NCBI RefSeq assembly: GCF_030684315.1 | Contig: NC_081387.1 | Location: 10,684,822 to 10,748,821 of the forward strand | Source of the DNA: Stegostoma tigrinum | Lineage: Eukaryota | Direction: 5' to 3' | Length of the DNA: 64,000 nt | In this document: positions 36,489 through 49,849 of the stretch, piece after piece | Numbering within the stretch: the stretch's first letter is position 1 | Layout: each line of letters starts with the position of its first letter | Translations under genes and position numbers: made by a program | The notes under the pieces: model-generated | What the model saw: the letters and a program-made list of their open reading frames with translations, nothing else | The model's database searches: none | What the model was told of the DNA's origin: nothing

Positions 36489-39400
36489 AATTGATTGGTA
36501 GGGTAGTTTCACCTCCTTTATTCCTTAAGGTTCACAAATCAAGAAGCAAATTGACTTAAACTATGAAAAGATAGATCACATTAGCAAGGACTACAAGAAG
36601 AATAGGTGTCCTTCTGTCATCAGTCCCTCATATGATTGGCAAGCAAACTGAAAAACAAGAAGATTTGACCTCATTGGACATGGGAGGTGTTTTTGGACCA
36701 GGCATCAGATTGAAGATTGTGGTGAAATATCTTGCATAATGGCATTCCAACCACATCCCTCAGGCAAAATCCCAGACAAGACTGGGCTTTACTCTCATAG
36801 AGATGAACACATATGCATGTAGAAAGTTACAGTGCTTTGGAGAAATAGCAGCAAAATGGAATTAACTGTCTAATTCTTCAGTGAGCCTGATTCAGAACTA
36901 ATGGACGAAGTGGTGCCCTCTGCCCTGTAACATTCGAAGATTTCTCCTTGCTTTTATTTTTTGCATACCACATGGTTCCAGATTTCAGTGCTAATTCGTG
37001 AGGCTAAAACTCTGATACACTGCCCATGTAATAAAACTTTGCTACATCGAATATGTTCCTTCATTTCAGCTAGAAACAGATGACTGAGTAGTGCAAGCAC
37101 ATGAGAATGAAATGACTGCTGCTAAATCCAAATGATTTGACAGATTGCGTGATCTCAACAAACTTTCTCTTAGCACAATTGGCAGAAATTCCACAAGCCC
37201 ATGAATGCCAGGAAGTTATACTGGGGTTGAACTTACACCACGAATTTTTCAAGCAGTGGCAAGTACAGCGGCTTGGCTGCTCACACCTTGGAAGTGGGCA
37301 GCCATTTCAGACATTTATGGGTTATTTTACCAAGTTGCTGATATTTTTTACAGTTTCAAAATTGGAACTTGCCCCTTGCCAGGGCATTGGCAGCGAGAAA
37401 ATGGTCTCCCTGCTTCTTCATGAGGGGACTGACACCTTCAGAGCAGAAGTTTCCATGGCTTGATGAAGGAACTGCAGAGTCAGTATCCATCCAGATCTAA
37501 ATCATCAGAGGCTGCCAAATTCACCCTGACAAGAATTGAAAGAGCAATCAAATCTGCAATTTTATCAAGGTAGTTTAATATGGAAGTGCAGCAACAACAA
37601 CCTGCCAACTCAATAATGGCCAGTTCTGTCTCTCTCATTCTCTGTCTGTCAATTAATTACAGAGTAGCCATTGACCACTACATGAATTTATTAATCGGCC
37701 CATCCCTCTGGCTGCCCAGCAATGCCTCATGCTGACATTGCACTGAACTGACACCTTGCTCATAGGAGTTGGCAGTGGAGCAAATCTATCGATGGGTACC
37801 CTCCTAAATTTTTTTGACTTTCCATCTGAGTGTTTTGCGATGTCTTAGGAACCAGCCCATTATTCATTTGTGTGTTGTGGTCACTCAGAATATTCCCCTG
37901 ACTTTGACCCCTCTGCCATTCTAGGAAGATCTCACTATATAATTGACAGCATAAGGAGCAGTCTAATGGCTCAACAAGACTTTAAACTGTATCGCTGAGG
38001 AGCAGTGAACGCCCATCTGTAATATTCTGCATGTCCCTTCAGCATTTTCTTCTCATCCTTCCTCCCTCATGAATTCAGTTGTTCGCTCTTAAATGCATCT
38101 ATACCCATTGCCTCAATGATAGATATTCCACAAGTGCACCAAGATATTTACTCTGAATTCATTCTCGGAGGCTTCGGTCACTGCCTTTCATCTCCGACAC
38201 ACCACTATGATTTTCCTAGCAAGTCGACATTTTTTTTCAAGTGAAAGCACTCATGGTGGAATACAGCTGTCACAACTTAGTTCACTTTCCCCTCAGGAGA
38301 TTTTTAAAGCAAGTTTTCAGCATGTGTGAGACTTAGCCATTGTTTATGTTTAAAGCAGCCATCTTTCCTTCAGGATATTTAACCTTCTGTATTCTGCATT
38401 CATTTCTTATCTCGAATATCTTGCAAATTTTGTTTCAAGACTATTCTGTCTTTAAACCGCATTCGGGAACAAAATAGACTGTTGCTCACTTTTTTTTCAC
38501 GAAAACCCCATTGATACAATAATGTCACGAAAGTTGCACTTTCAGAAATACATTTTGGGATAAACAGGTCAGGGAAATGCATGAAATAGTGCACATTCAT
38601 TTCATTAGTTTCAAACTAAGTTATGAATTAATAATCCTTTAGTCAGATTTTGCAGGCAGGCTTGCAGGCAAGGAAAGTCAAAAGAATTCTGTGGCTTTAT
38701 TAACAAAGATTACCTAGGTTCAACCGCCAATGGTTTTAGAAAACAACATACTATATACTGAAAAGTAGTTGGCAAATTTTTTCCACAATGTTTGGTGTAA
38801 ATCTGTGCAAGTTATGTTATCACATTATGACTGGATCTCTGTCAATTCTCAAATATCTGCTACTGCCCAAAAGGGATGGTAAGGGATATAAAAAAGAAGA
38901 CAGATGGATCATATGAAGTCAAAGGACTTAAATGGACTCGAAGAACAAGAATTCTGGCAGCCTCTATGAAGAGACAAACATAAAGCTCAGCAGGTCTGGG
39001 AGCATCTGTGAAGGGCCAAAAAAACAGACTCAACGTTTCGTGTACGGTGACCCTTCTTAGGTTTATTTCCTTCACAGATGTTACCAGACTTGCTGAGCTT
39101 TTCCTGCAACTTTACTTTTGTTCCTGATTTACAGCATCTGCAGTTCTTTTGATTTTTTTAATTGACAAACATAAAGTAGTAAGTATGGTGTGACTCCTTC
39201 CAGTCCTGAAGAAGCATCGTATCAAACCCAAAATGTTAGCAATGTTTTGTCTCTGCCAGTACTGTTGGAGCGGCTGAGTTTCTCCAACATTCTCTGATTT
39301 TGTTTCAGATCTACAGAATACGCAGTATCTCATTTTTATCAATGCGAGACAGCATCAAAGCCCCTCTTGCAGTATTGAAAATAACATTATTCTCATGCTG

Positions 39401-41528
39401 TATTGCTTCTTTCATCAATGACCTTAAATCTCCTGTTTCTCATTTGGCAGTTCTTTTGAGACTCCTCAGGGATTTGCATACCATGATCAAATCTCCTGTC
39501 AATCTTTACTTCTCCTTGAAAAATAATCTGAAACTTTCTAATCTATCAATTTAACTGAAATTCCTCATCTTGGAAACAGTTGCACACACCTTTCCTGCAC
39601 CATTGCTCAGCCCCTAAATTATGGTCCAAGCATTTGACACCATGCTCCACTTATGAGTGAAATAATGTGCCATACAAGTCAATGCACCGTCTTGCTTTTC
39701 TACTTTCTGCCATTTTACATGAAACATAAAAATTTGCAGGCTTCATTTACCACTTTCTTAACTTTTACTGAATTTGTTGGATATGCAGCAAAGTCCAATT
39801 GGTCCTGCAAATTTGATAAACCTACACGTTGTATCTTATTCTGTTTTCCAAAAAGCATGACAAACTTTGCACTTGTCCTCATGAAATTTCAATAACAACT
39901 TTTATTCCCATTTCTCCAACATATTTCTGTGTCTGACATGCTCCACACTGTGTACTTCAAGGTTCAAAATTCTTCCTGCTACCCTTTTGAATTCCATGAG
40001 TCATATCTTTCATCATGAGTCAGTTGCAGCGCTCTTTACAACATGCCCTTTGAAGCCCTTGTAGCTCACACAAAGCACATCACCCTCATTAATGTCGCAT
40101 CTTGATCTTAAAACAGTCTTCAGCAATATGATTAAACAGTCTGACCAGTTTTCGCCGGTGGATTTATCTTCACACATGTTTACAAGCAAGGATTCAAAAT
40201 TTGCAGAGACAGTAGGAGCTGCAGATGCTGGAGAATCTGAGATAACGAAGTGTCGGGCTGGATGAACGCAGCAGGCCAAGCAGCATTAGAGGAGCAGGAA
40301 AGCTGATGTTTCAGGCCTGGTCACAATTTGCAATTTTCCAATCACTATGCAATACCTGTGATTCGAAGTAATACTGTAATATTATGGTGAGTCCCTCAAC
40401 CATTATCGCATGTTGTCAAATGGCTTTACAGGCAGGCTGGCCAATACAATGTCCTTATTGATACCAGATATGTCGACTACTGCAATACCTTCACTTCCAT
40501 CAATAACTGGGTCACATCTCCTTCCTCAGTAAAGGGAAATTATCATTTGTGTACAAACTACAGCACAAGCAGCTTTTACAAGACTCTTGTTTTGTTCCCA
40601 ATCATTTATTTTTCCTCTTCCCAACTATGATTTTACTATTTATGTGTTGATAGAATTCTCCATCTCCAACTCAGTCTTGGGAACGCGTCCTTTCCTTCCC
40701 ATCCCACTCGTTGATGTATTTCTGTTAGTTTCACCTTTTGACCACGAGATGGCACAGGTCTAAAGTGAGAAGATGTAAAAGCGCCCAGAGAAACAATTTT
40801 TATTTCACCCAGAGGATGGTGTGTCTGAAACTGGCTGTCAGACGTATTCGTGGATATGACTACAACTTCATCATTTCAGAAGCAGTTGGAATGGATACTT
40901 CAGAAGGCAGTGGACCAGATGCAAGCAAATGGGGCTACTTTCGAAATGAAATCTGGCTAGCTGTGGAAAGTTGTGCCGAAGAGCTGTTTCCATGCTGCAG
41001 AGCTCTATTAAAGCAGTCTGTAACTTAAAATTAAGATTTTAAATATGCAACAATGCGTATGGATTGCCCATGCGCGAAGAGAAGACATTCATCGCTTAAG
41101 TTCCAGCAGTTTTATGTTGAAGTGAAAAGAGCTGAGTGTTACAGCTGGTATTGAAACCGTCTCAATTGCAGTAAAAAGTTGTGAGAAAGGAGCAGCAAAT
41201 AATTTTTAACATTTTCAAAAAAAAATTTAAATGGTTTAATAAGTAAGACTGGAAAGAAGTACGCTATTATTTCAAGCGATAGCAAACTTATTTTTGGAAG
41301 CATGTGCACACCCATTGTAATGTCAAGTCACCGAGAAAGTGAAATTTTTCTGTGAAGTCAGAGTTAACAGAAAATGAACTGGAAGACTGGTACTTAATTC
41401 TGAGTGATTGGAGTGAATTTCCTCAACAACTATCCACACTTGTTCTGACAGGTATCACGCATTTGGCCATCAAGTGTACCCAGATGTGTGGTATTTCTGC
41501 CAAATAAACTGTGTCTTGTGTCAGACGG

Positions 41529-42307
41529 TGTATCCAAGCAGTTCTTTTCCGGTTTGGGTAAATAGAATTAGGAGTAGCCTCGAACACAGCAATTTGCTTA
41601 AAAATAAATACTTATTAACTGAGAATAATGATTATAATGGCAAAAATAAAGGATAACACTGGTATAATAAATTGGAAAGGGGAAAAGAAAGCAACAATAC
41701 TCAAGGCCCTCTATAAAAAAACAAGGCTCGTGCTCTGCTGACTGTCGGGGCGCCCTCACTCGATGGCTGGCCGAGAGGCTTCGATTCGTTCTCAGCGCAT
41801 TTCACGATTCCGAGGCGAAGCGAAGTCCGGCAGCAACAGCTTGGAACGATAATTTCTCTCTTATGCAGTGTGGCAAACAGCCAGCATAAGTAAAGCAGAT
41901 ACAGCAAGACGGATCTGCTGCCTGGTACAGACCACACAAGAGGGGGAAAGACAACGAAAAAAAAACTGCAAATGCTGTAAATCGGGAACAAAACCAGAAG
42001 TTGTGAGAAAACTCAGCAGGTCTGGCAGCATCAACAAAGAAAGAAAATCTTTTGAATTAACGTTTCGAGTCGGGCGACCCTTCCTCCGAACGGGGAGAGA
42101 AAACACGTGCAGGTGTGATCTTTGGCTGGTACAGGAATATTTGCAGGACTCATTCAGGGTCATGCAGCTTTTTAAGTATTATTATAAACGTTCCCAGCAT
42201 ATCCCCCCATCCTGTCCAATCTATGCTGAATGCATCATTAACATCTGGCCCTTCGGCCCATCCTATGTTCGATATTTGAAGAGACCGCTGTTCTGAAAAC
42301 GAGCACA
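41529..42307. mobile_element. Solo-LTR-like repeat (same family as 11082-11652) with a nested Penelope-type fragment at ~41965-42100
   Basis: Shared termini and internal blocks with 11082-11652. Confidence 0.6.
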
Positions 42308-42902
42308 TCAGCTGACTGAATGGTGCAAACATTCGTATTTCTCTCATTAAAGTCGGAACGAATATGTTGTTGTGTAATAACTAAAACAACATCACATGAG
42401 GGGATTAAAATAAAAATTCAGTGACGAGATGTAAAACTGCATTTCTCTTGGCCACAGTGGTTGCAGATTGAGTAACTGCGACATCAATGAATTAGAGATG
42501 TTTCTTTTCCTTTTGAGGTATTAGCGGCTTCAGCACCGGCAGCGGATTGAATGGTCACATTCTGCACCCGGTCAGTGTCAGCGGGGGCCGCTTCAGCGTG
42601 CTTCCTCTTTGGTGTTGTGGCCTCAGAGACAGCTTTGGTGGCTGTGGAGAGAGATGCATCCCGCAGCTTCTCAGGAAATCAAAAAGCTGTGTATGGGGCA
42701 AACAATGGAAATTTGACCTAAAGTTATATAATTTGTTTCCTTCTATAATTTTTGAAATTAAAATGGTGATTTGTACATATTTTACGGCATTTTCATAAAT
42801 TCATGTGACAATAATTTACTTTTATTATTATCCTGACTGAAGACAGTAAGAAAGGCAGGACAAGATCACTTATAGAAATAATAGCTGAACATTAAGACTC
42901 AC

Positions 42903-42983
42903 TAGAACACCGGCAGCAGCAATGAGAGGATTGTAAATCTTTGCTGAATCGGCAGAGAAACGATAAAACATCAACTGATCCAT
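42903..42983 (-). pseudogene. Orphan exon 1 of a third GPR139-like gene
   Basis: ATG at 42983; MDQLMFYRFSADSAKIYNPLIAAAGVL then GTGAGT donor (42902-42897). Aligns with gene B exon 1 (EKIYYPLLGTIGVA). The donor is phase 0 instead of 1, and no matching exon 2 was found by eye. Confidence 0.65.
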
Positions 42984-43439
42984 ATTGATGAAGTGATCCA
43001 ATCCTTTTAAGGATGGAAGTTATCCTTCATCTTTATCACATTGCGTGATACAGCATACGATACAATATATGTCGCTGAAAAAATTAAAACTTTCCAGAGA
43101 TCCAACTCAGTTCTGTGGATTCTGATAAATTATCCTCAGTCAATGAAATATGACCAGGAGGAATTGTGCACTTGAAAGGCCTGAAATGATCCCAAAGTAC
43201 ACATGCCCTGAAACCAAGATAATCCTGTTTGATTGTATTCCACTCTGTGAGGTGATGATTTATTCCTTGCGGTTAACTCTGTTTTAGGAATCTCCTGGTT
43301 TGACTGAAATGACAGTCGCTGGCACTTCTGATAAAACTGAGGAATATCGGTCATGTGTAAGGGTACTCAGAGCCGATGGATTAACTGCAATTGGTGATGA
43401 AACAATGGGTCTGTAACATTGCAGAAAGTCATTTAGTAG

Positions 43440-43870
43440 ACGCCCTGTGTTTTTATGGAGAGGCTGTGTAGACTGGGGGTTTTTCTCCTTGTAGCAATGG
43501 AGGCGAAGGCGAAGAGATTTATGAAATCACGAGGCGCATGGATTGGGTGATTACTCAAGGCTTTTTTTTCCGAGGGTGGAGGAATCCAAACTCGTGGGCA
43601 TAGGTTTAAGGTAAGAGGGGAAAGAATTAAAAGAGATTCTGAGACGTAACCTTGTCACACAGAGGGTGTTGCGTGTCTGGAAAGAGCTGCCGAATGAAAT
43701 GGTAGAGGCAGGTACAATTACAACATTCAAAAGGCATCTGGATGGGGATGTGAAAAGGAAGGGTTCAGAGAGATATGAGCCAAATGCTGGCAAAAGGGAC
43801 GACATCAGATTGAGATGCCTTGAGTTAGACTAAAGGGTCTGTTTCAGTACTGCATGACTCTTCGACTCTA
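43440..43870 (+). mobile_element. CR1 LINE 3' fragment
   Basis: GAGCTGCCGAATGAAATGGTAGAGGCAGGTACAATTACAACATTCAAAAGGCATCTGGA and gactct tail. Confidence 0.8.
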
Positions 43871-45999
43871 TATGAACTGTTAATGCTCAGTCCCGTGACA
43901 ACATTCAGTCAGTTTTCTCATCCAGGAACATGTTCCCAGGATCCCTCTTCGTTTTGCAGTGTCAATGGGTAATGATGCTTTCAGTTCTGGTTTTCAAAAG
44001 AAATACATGTTCACACTTAACTGGTAGAATTAACTGCATGATCAGCCTGGAACGTCAATGGTACCGCAAGTCTTGTTCCTATCCATTTAACATGACGTTA
44101 ACTTTAATCTTTCTTGATTATGAGCCAATTTAAGGCTCAGGAACTCAATTCAGTTTGCCGTGACAAAAAGGAAATAACTTAGAGGTTCTCATGATAACTA
44201 CTATGGTAAAATTCAGAGTTTACAGAATACTTCAACAAGATGGAACAAAGTCCATTCAAAACCCTTTATTCTAAATTTCACAATTCTCACTCATTTCAAT
44301 CTTGAGCCTCATATACCCTTCGCCAAACAGGCTTCCATTATTTTAGAGGACGTTTTGCTTACCTTTGAAAAATAGAATGAGAAAGTCAAATTCAAATTCA
44401 ACATTTTAAAGACTATTGTATTCTCTGTGCTTCACATTCCAGTTCCTTCGTCTCATGCACTGATTTGTTAAAGGAAAAATCACGTGACTCTTCGAACACT
44501 CGATCCAATGATTTAAAAATCAAATTAAGTAACTTCATTGTGTTACATATCTAGATTCATCTGTTTCTTTTTTAAAGCAACGTTTTACACATGCAGTCAA
44601 TGCACCTGATTATGGAGGACGCCCGGACAGATAAAGTTAGCTACTGCAAACTGACTTCATGCAATTTGAACACGTTACGACGCGACAGCAGAGAACACCG
44701 AGTTGTTCTATACTTGCAAATATTGCATTGACCTTCCGGATTGAGAGAATTGAGTTCAATCCATTTGTTTTCAATGCTGAGATGTAACAGAAAACAGCAC
44801 AGCACAGTTGAACAAATATGCGGCGACCACTTTTAACAAAGGACAAATTCACCTAAATAAATACAGAAGTTGCCGGAGAAGTTCAGCAGATCTGGAAGCA
44901 CCTGTGAAGAGAAGTCAATGTTAATGTTTCGGGTCGGTGACCCATCCTCAAAACCGAACCTGAAGCGTTCTTTTGGACTTCTCTCCACAGATGCTGCCAG
45001 GCCTGCTGAGGTTTTCCAGCTATTTCTGTCTTTTTATTCACAGCATCCGCTGACTTACAGCGTCCGCCGTTCCTTCAGTTTTGATTAAACTCTCCGAGTA
45101 GGCAATGCAGTTTCTTCATCACCATGTTAATCTTCGATCGCACGAATTTTCATGTATCATCTTTTAAACTTCAGGATTGACCCATTATTATGTTTTAGTT
45201 CGGTACTTCAATTATATATGAATCATTTCGGAACATTTTTGAAACTCATTTCCAATTCTGGTTTCTCCTCTAATCATCTGATCAGCTGAAAGTACTTCTA
45301 TCCACATTCTCTCTACATGTAACTTCAGCATCATTCTATCCTTGGGATCCAATGTTGAGCAATTTTTGAACCCAGCAATCTTGTTTTGTTTTGTTCTATT
45401 GCTACTGAAAATGCGAAAGGGAGACCCTGGTAACTCTATATCAGTGGCCTGAGGGACACGATGTTTGTATCACCGTGCACGCGGGACAGCGGACTGGACT
45501 CTGCGAACCTGTGTCACACGTCCTGGTCAGAGAAAATTGATCAATCATTTCCGGCATGATTGATGTCCAGGTTGGGCCGGAGTGCAGTAGTGGAGTGACT
45601 GGAAGCAGACAGTGTCCATGATATGAGTATATATAAGATGCTATAAAGACCAATTTATCAATATTGAAGTATCTGATGGTGAAAAGATATACCACATTGA
45701 AATCTACACTGGTCCTGACTGAGAATAGATAGACTATACTCTGTCAGTATCATTGGGCCTAAGTGAGAACAGACAAAGCACATTATGTCTGTGTCATTGT
45801 CTCTGGAGCAGAGCAGGCTACTTTGTTGTTTCTGCATGGAAGAGGTGGGAAAGCGCACCCAATATCTGCATTATTGAAACTCCAAAATCCTATGGGGTGA
45901 CAGAGAGTTTGCTGAGAAGAATGACTGCATTTCTTGTACACAATGGTTAAGATATTAAATTAAAATTGATTTCTGATGCCTTGAGTTCATCAATGGCTC

Positions 46000-48308
46000 T
46001 CATCGGAAAATATATCTTGCAATTTGAGAAAAGGGATATTTGACCACACTCTTCAACTGCTCTCTGAATTTAGTTTGGATTATGGCATAAATGCACGTAT
46101 TTGTGCAGCAACTCAGGAGCTGAAGCATGTTTCCTAATCTGCCAACAAAATGAGGTGCAATTGCAGACACTTAACCTGAATACCATAAATGAGCCCACAC
46201 TGAAGATACAATATGTACTGCCCACAAAAATATGAAATTTCCTGAAATTGAAAATAATAAAATAATAGATTTCATTCGGTTCTCAATCTCTGTGTCTCTG
46301 TAGCTCACTGTTTTGCTCTGAGCCCGGAGTCTACTGCGTGCTTTATTGGAGACCAAAATGTGCCTGACAGTAAAACCATTGAGCAGAAGAATCACAATAA
46401 ATGGGAGACATGGAGTTACAGTGCTTTGAAGCAACTCGATTATAATCCGCTGCCATATATCAAAAACATCAAATGTTGTTTGACAAAACCAAGGTAAGTT
46501 CACAAGTAAATACCGGCCTGTGAATGAAAAGTACCACACCGTGTTTTTTTAAAAAGTTCAACACAGTCACAGTTCCAAGAACCACAGCCACAGTTTTCTC
46601 TGTGCAATACTTAGTTTTCAGTCTCTGGTAGCAAATGGCCATAAATCGATCAAACGTGAAAGTGACAGTGAACCACACTGAACAGTCTGTGGCTGCAGAA
46701 ACAAAACATGCGTGGATATTGCACACAGGTAAGGATTTCAAAAAATTAAAGCGTTTCCAATAAACAATAGGAATCTGCCTCAAGATCAGGTCGGTGATAA
46801 GCACGATTAGATCTGCTGCTGCCATGGCCACCAGATAATGACTTACACTTTGGAGAGGCCACACTTTCCCCGTGATAAGATCCCAATCGTCACTGCGTTA
46901 ACTGAAAGGAAGAGAAAAAAATCAGGTATATTAATCACCTGCTCGATATAATGCTATAAGGCTCTCTGATTAATTATAATATCCATGGAAATATATTAAT
47001 AAATCTGTCATATTGTTAACTGCTGTAAACGGGACCTGAATTAAGTAAATTCTCAATTATATCGAAGTGTTTATTTATGGGGATAAAACAAAATGGCTGA
47101 AAAGCATATTATAGATTCAATAAAATGATTGCAGTTCTGACAAATGTTTCCCTGTATTTGCAAAATAAAGAATATCATTTTCATATATAATATAGTGCAG
47201 AAGAGGTAGACTGCAATCTGATGATGCAACATTAAGCTCAATGCTGCCAGCTTAGAGTCGAAGTTAAAATTCATAAAATTCATAAAAAACATAAAATTGC
47301 ATCAAGAGAAAATATTCTCCTTGAAGTCAGATGGAAGAAGAAAATGGACAAATTTCCTGCAGTTCGAAAAGATGCATTATTGAATCAGCAAAATCTTTTT
47401 CATGCATCAAATGTTACGTTCGACTTGCACCGGCTCAGTGGTGGAGGCAGGAGCAGTGCGAACAGGATTAAGGAGAAAGCAGACTTTTATCCAAAATGGA
47501 TGAATATTCTGCAATGCACAGACAGTAAAGGTAATGATACCAATTTTACTAAATTAACTCATCATAACCTTATGTAAATAATGTCACTGATGGAAAACAG
47601 ATTTCAAGTCTTTTTTTTCAATGACGTGAGACATCTGAAGTTCTTCTTCCTGTTGACACGCAGCTATGGGTATGTACATGAAGGAGTGCACACAATAAAA
47701 TACCGAAAAATTACCTACTTCAACAAAATACCATCTTGTATTTTTTTTACAATACGGAGATAAAGTGAACAGCAAATTAGTGCTTCCACGATCTTACGGA
47801 CTCCCTGACCTGTAAAATATTTTGGCGTCATATTACATCAAATCATTGATTGGAAAGGAGTACACGGAAAGTCGAAAGTAAATACTTTTCAAGGTAAATC
47901 ACTTTTATTATGATACCACATTATAGACAGTACGAAAAATCGGTGTGATATCAAGATGCTATCGAATGAGCTGACTTCAGAAACATTAGAGTGCGGCTCT
48001 CGACACACTCTGCACACGCTTGTCTGATCAGAGAATCAAGTATCTGTTTCTTCAGATGGACATATTAACTGGTGAAACGTTGAAAGTGATGATATGCAAT
48101 TCATTCCACTCAAAATACTAAAGCAAGTTCCTCCTGAGAATTATTCGCTAGATCTATTGATGTGACATTGTAACAACAGCAACAGAATGGAATACATTAT
48201 TTAGGAATTCATGTCTGCTTCCAGAAACTTACCAGCAACACCAATAGTACCAAGGAGAGGATAGTAAATCTTTTCTATTTCAAAAATGAAGAAAAATATC
48301 TCGTCCAT
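46000..48308 (-). pseudogene. GPR139-like GPCR gene B pseudogene (exon 1 48308-48233, exon 2 46901-46000)
   Basis: Exon 1 MDEIFFFIFEIEKIYYPLLGTIGVA+G|GTAAGT. Exon 2 VNAVTIGILSRGKCGLSK..YLVAMAAADLI..SVWFTVTFTFDRFMAIC..LLSCCTNTCIYAIIQTKFREQLK..*. Lesions: 1-nt deletion at ~46848 giving an immediate TAA, +1 in the A7 run at 46550-46544, and an in-frame TAA at 46173-46171. Confidence 0.9.
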
Positions 48309-48388
48309 CACACTATAACTCGTTTTTCATCCTTGCACTTTCTGAAAAGCCGTTGATCATTATTCATGCTGGTGACATTGAAACATGG

Positions 48389-48456
48389 TTTATAAATAGA
48401 AGTGGAAATCCCTTTGGTGATTGTGATAAAATCCTTGGAGGCTGGCATTAATTTGC
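48389..48456 (-). promoter_or_regulatory. Putative core promoter of GPCR gene B: TATTTATAAA plus upstream GCAAATTAATG motif
   Basis: TATA at 48398-48389 on -; motif at 48456-48446. Confidence 0.5.
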
Positions 48457-49849
48457 GTTCATGTTGAAAAACAACATGAGACAATTCAAACAAAATAATC
48501 ACAATGGATTTATGATGATAAAATTTATTAAAAACACAAAAATGTCTGAAAACTAAAACCGTTTCAATTGAGAAGCTAAGGACAGTACGAAGGGAGCACA
48601 GACAGGGGTTTGGTGGAAGGACAGACAACGATGTTACTTCTTGTCTATTCACAGAATAACTCCTGTGCTGTGGGATATCTGCAACGACATTCCAATTTCA
48701 ATGGCTGGCTTACCATCCTGAGAAATCTTTCCAAAGGATGACACTGTCAAGATCACCACCAAAAATGAAAGTCAGCTCAGATCTAATGGTTGGTTATACG
48801 GTAAGAATATTGTCTACCGAGGATGATGCAATGGAAAGATGTATTTGATTGGCAGTTATGATCATGAGCCCTGTATTGGGGCAAAAGGAGGCGAACAAAA
48901 CCTAGAATAATGTCATCCAGCCAAGCCCTATTGAGATGGAACTACTCCATATTCTGTTCCAATTCCATATCTCTCTCCTTCACATCCATTACGTTTCTGT
49001 GGCACATCTGAGTAGAATCGAAAAAAGACCCCTTCTGAGCCCAGGTGTTTCAATTCTCAAGCATTCTCCATCTGCTAATTCAGCAATTGCATTGATTGGA
49101 ATGGGGTGGTGGTATTATCTGGACATTAAATCCTTGTGAAATGCCCTACTAGCAAATAATTGTGCATTAAATGTTGCAAAATAGCTATGGGGCACATTTT
49201 CTGGTGAACCACTTCTCACCATCGCCCAGACACAGCAGGATGTCAAAATAAAAACAAAGGTTCCATATTCTAAAATGAACTCCCTTTCTCACCCACCCAA
49301 CCCCTCACAGGACCAGGAAAATTCCAGAAACAGAATGAGTTCTGTATTGGTGAGTTCCCTTCATCATACAGCACAAACCATCCCCAAACACCCCGCCCAA
49401 TGTCCATCTCACCAACAACACTACACCCCTTCCCGCACAAAGCACTGACACATGCACACAGCAACATTTGTCTACCTCAAACTCACTCCTCCAACTGTGC
49501 ATTAGCATTATCGGCTTTGTAGCGTCACTGACTAGTTCCAGCTAAGAAATCTGAGCTTCAGTTGATTCACATCCCAGTAATGTCAAATGTTTGTTATTTG
49601 AATGTGAAAGTCTTCAGAGCCACACTAGGCACTCTCATAACAAGGAGTCAACTCTCTGCTTAGTTTTTTGAGGGTCACTTTCATTGTGAACCCAGGACAG
49701 GAAATGAGACCACAATCCTGACAAGTCATCCAACCAAACAGCTAACTGGGCTAACCGACACTTAACTCTCCAGTTGGCTGATCCAAAAAAGGTTTCTTTG
49801 TTCGTTTTCCAAACCTATCATTAGGAAAAGTTGAAAGTAACTGATTCAC

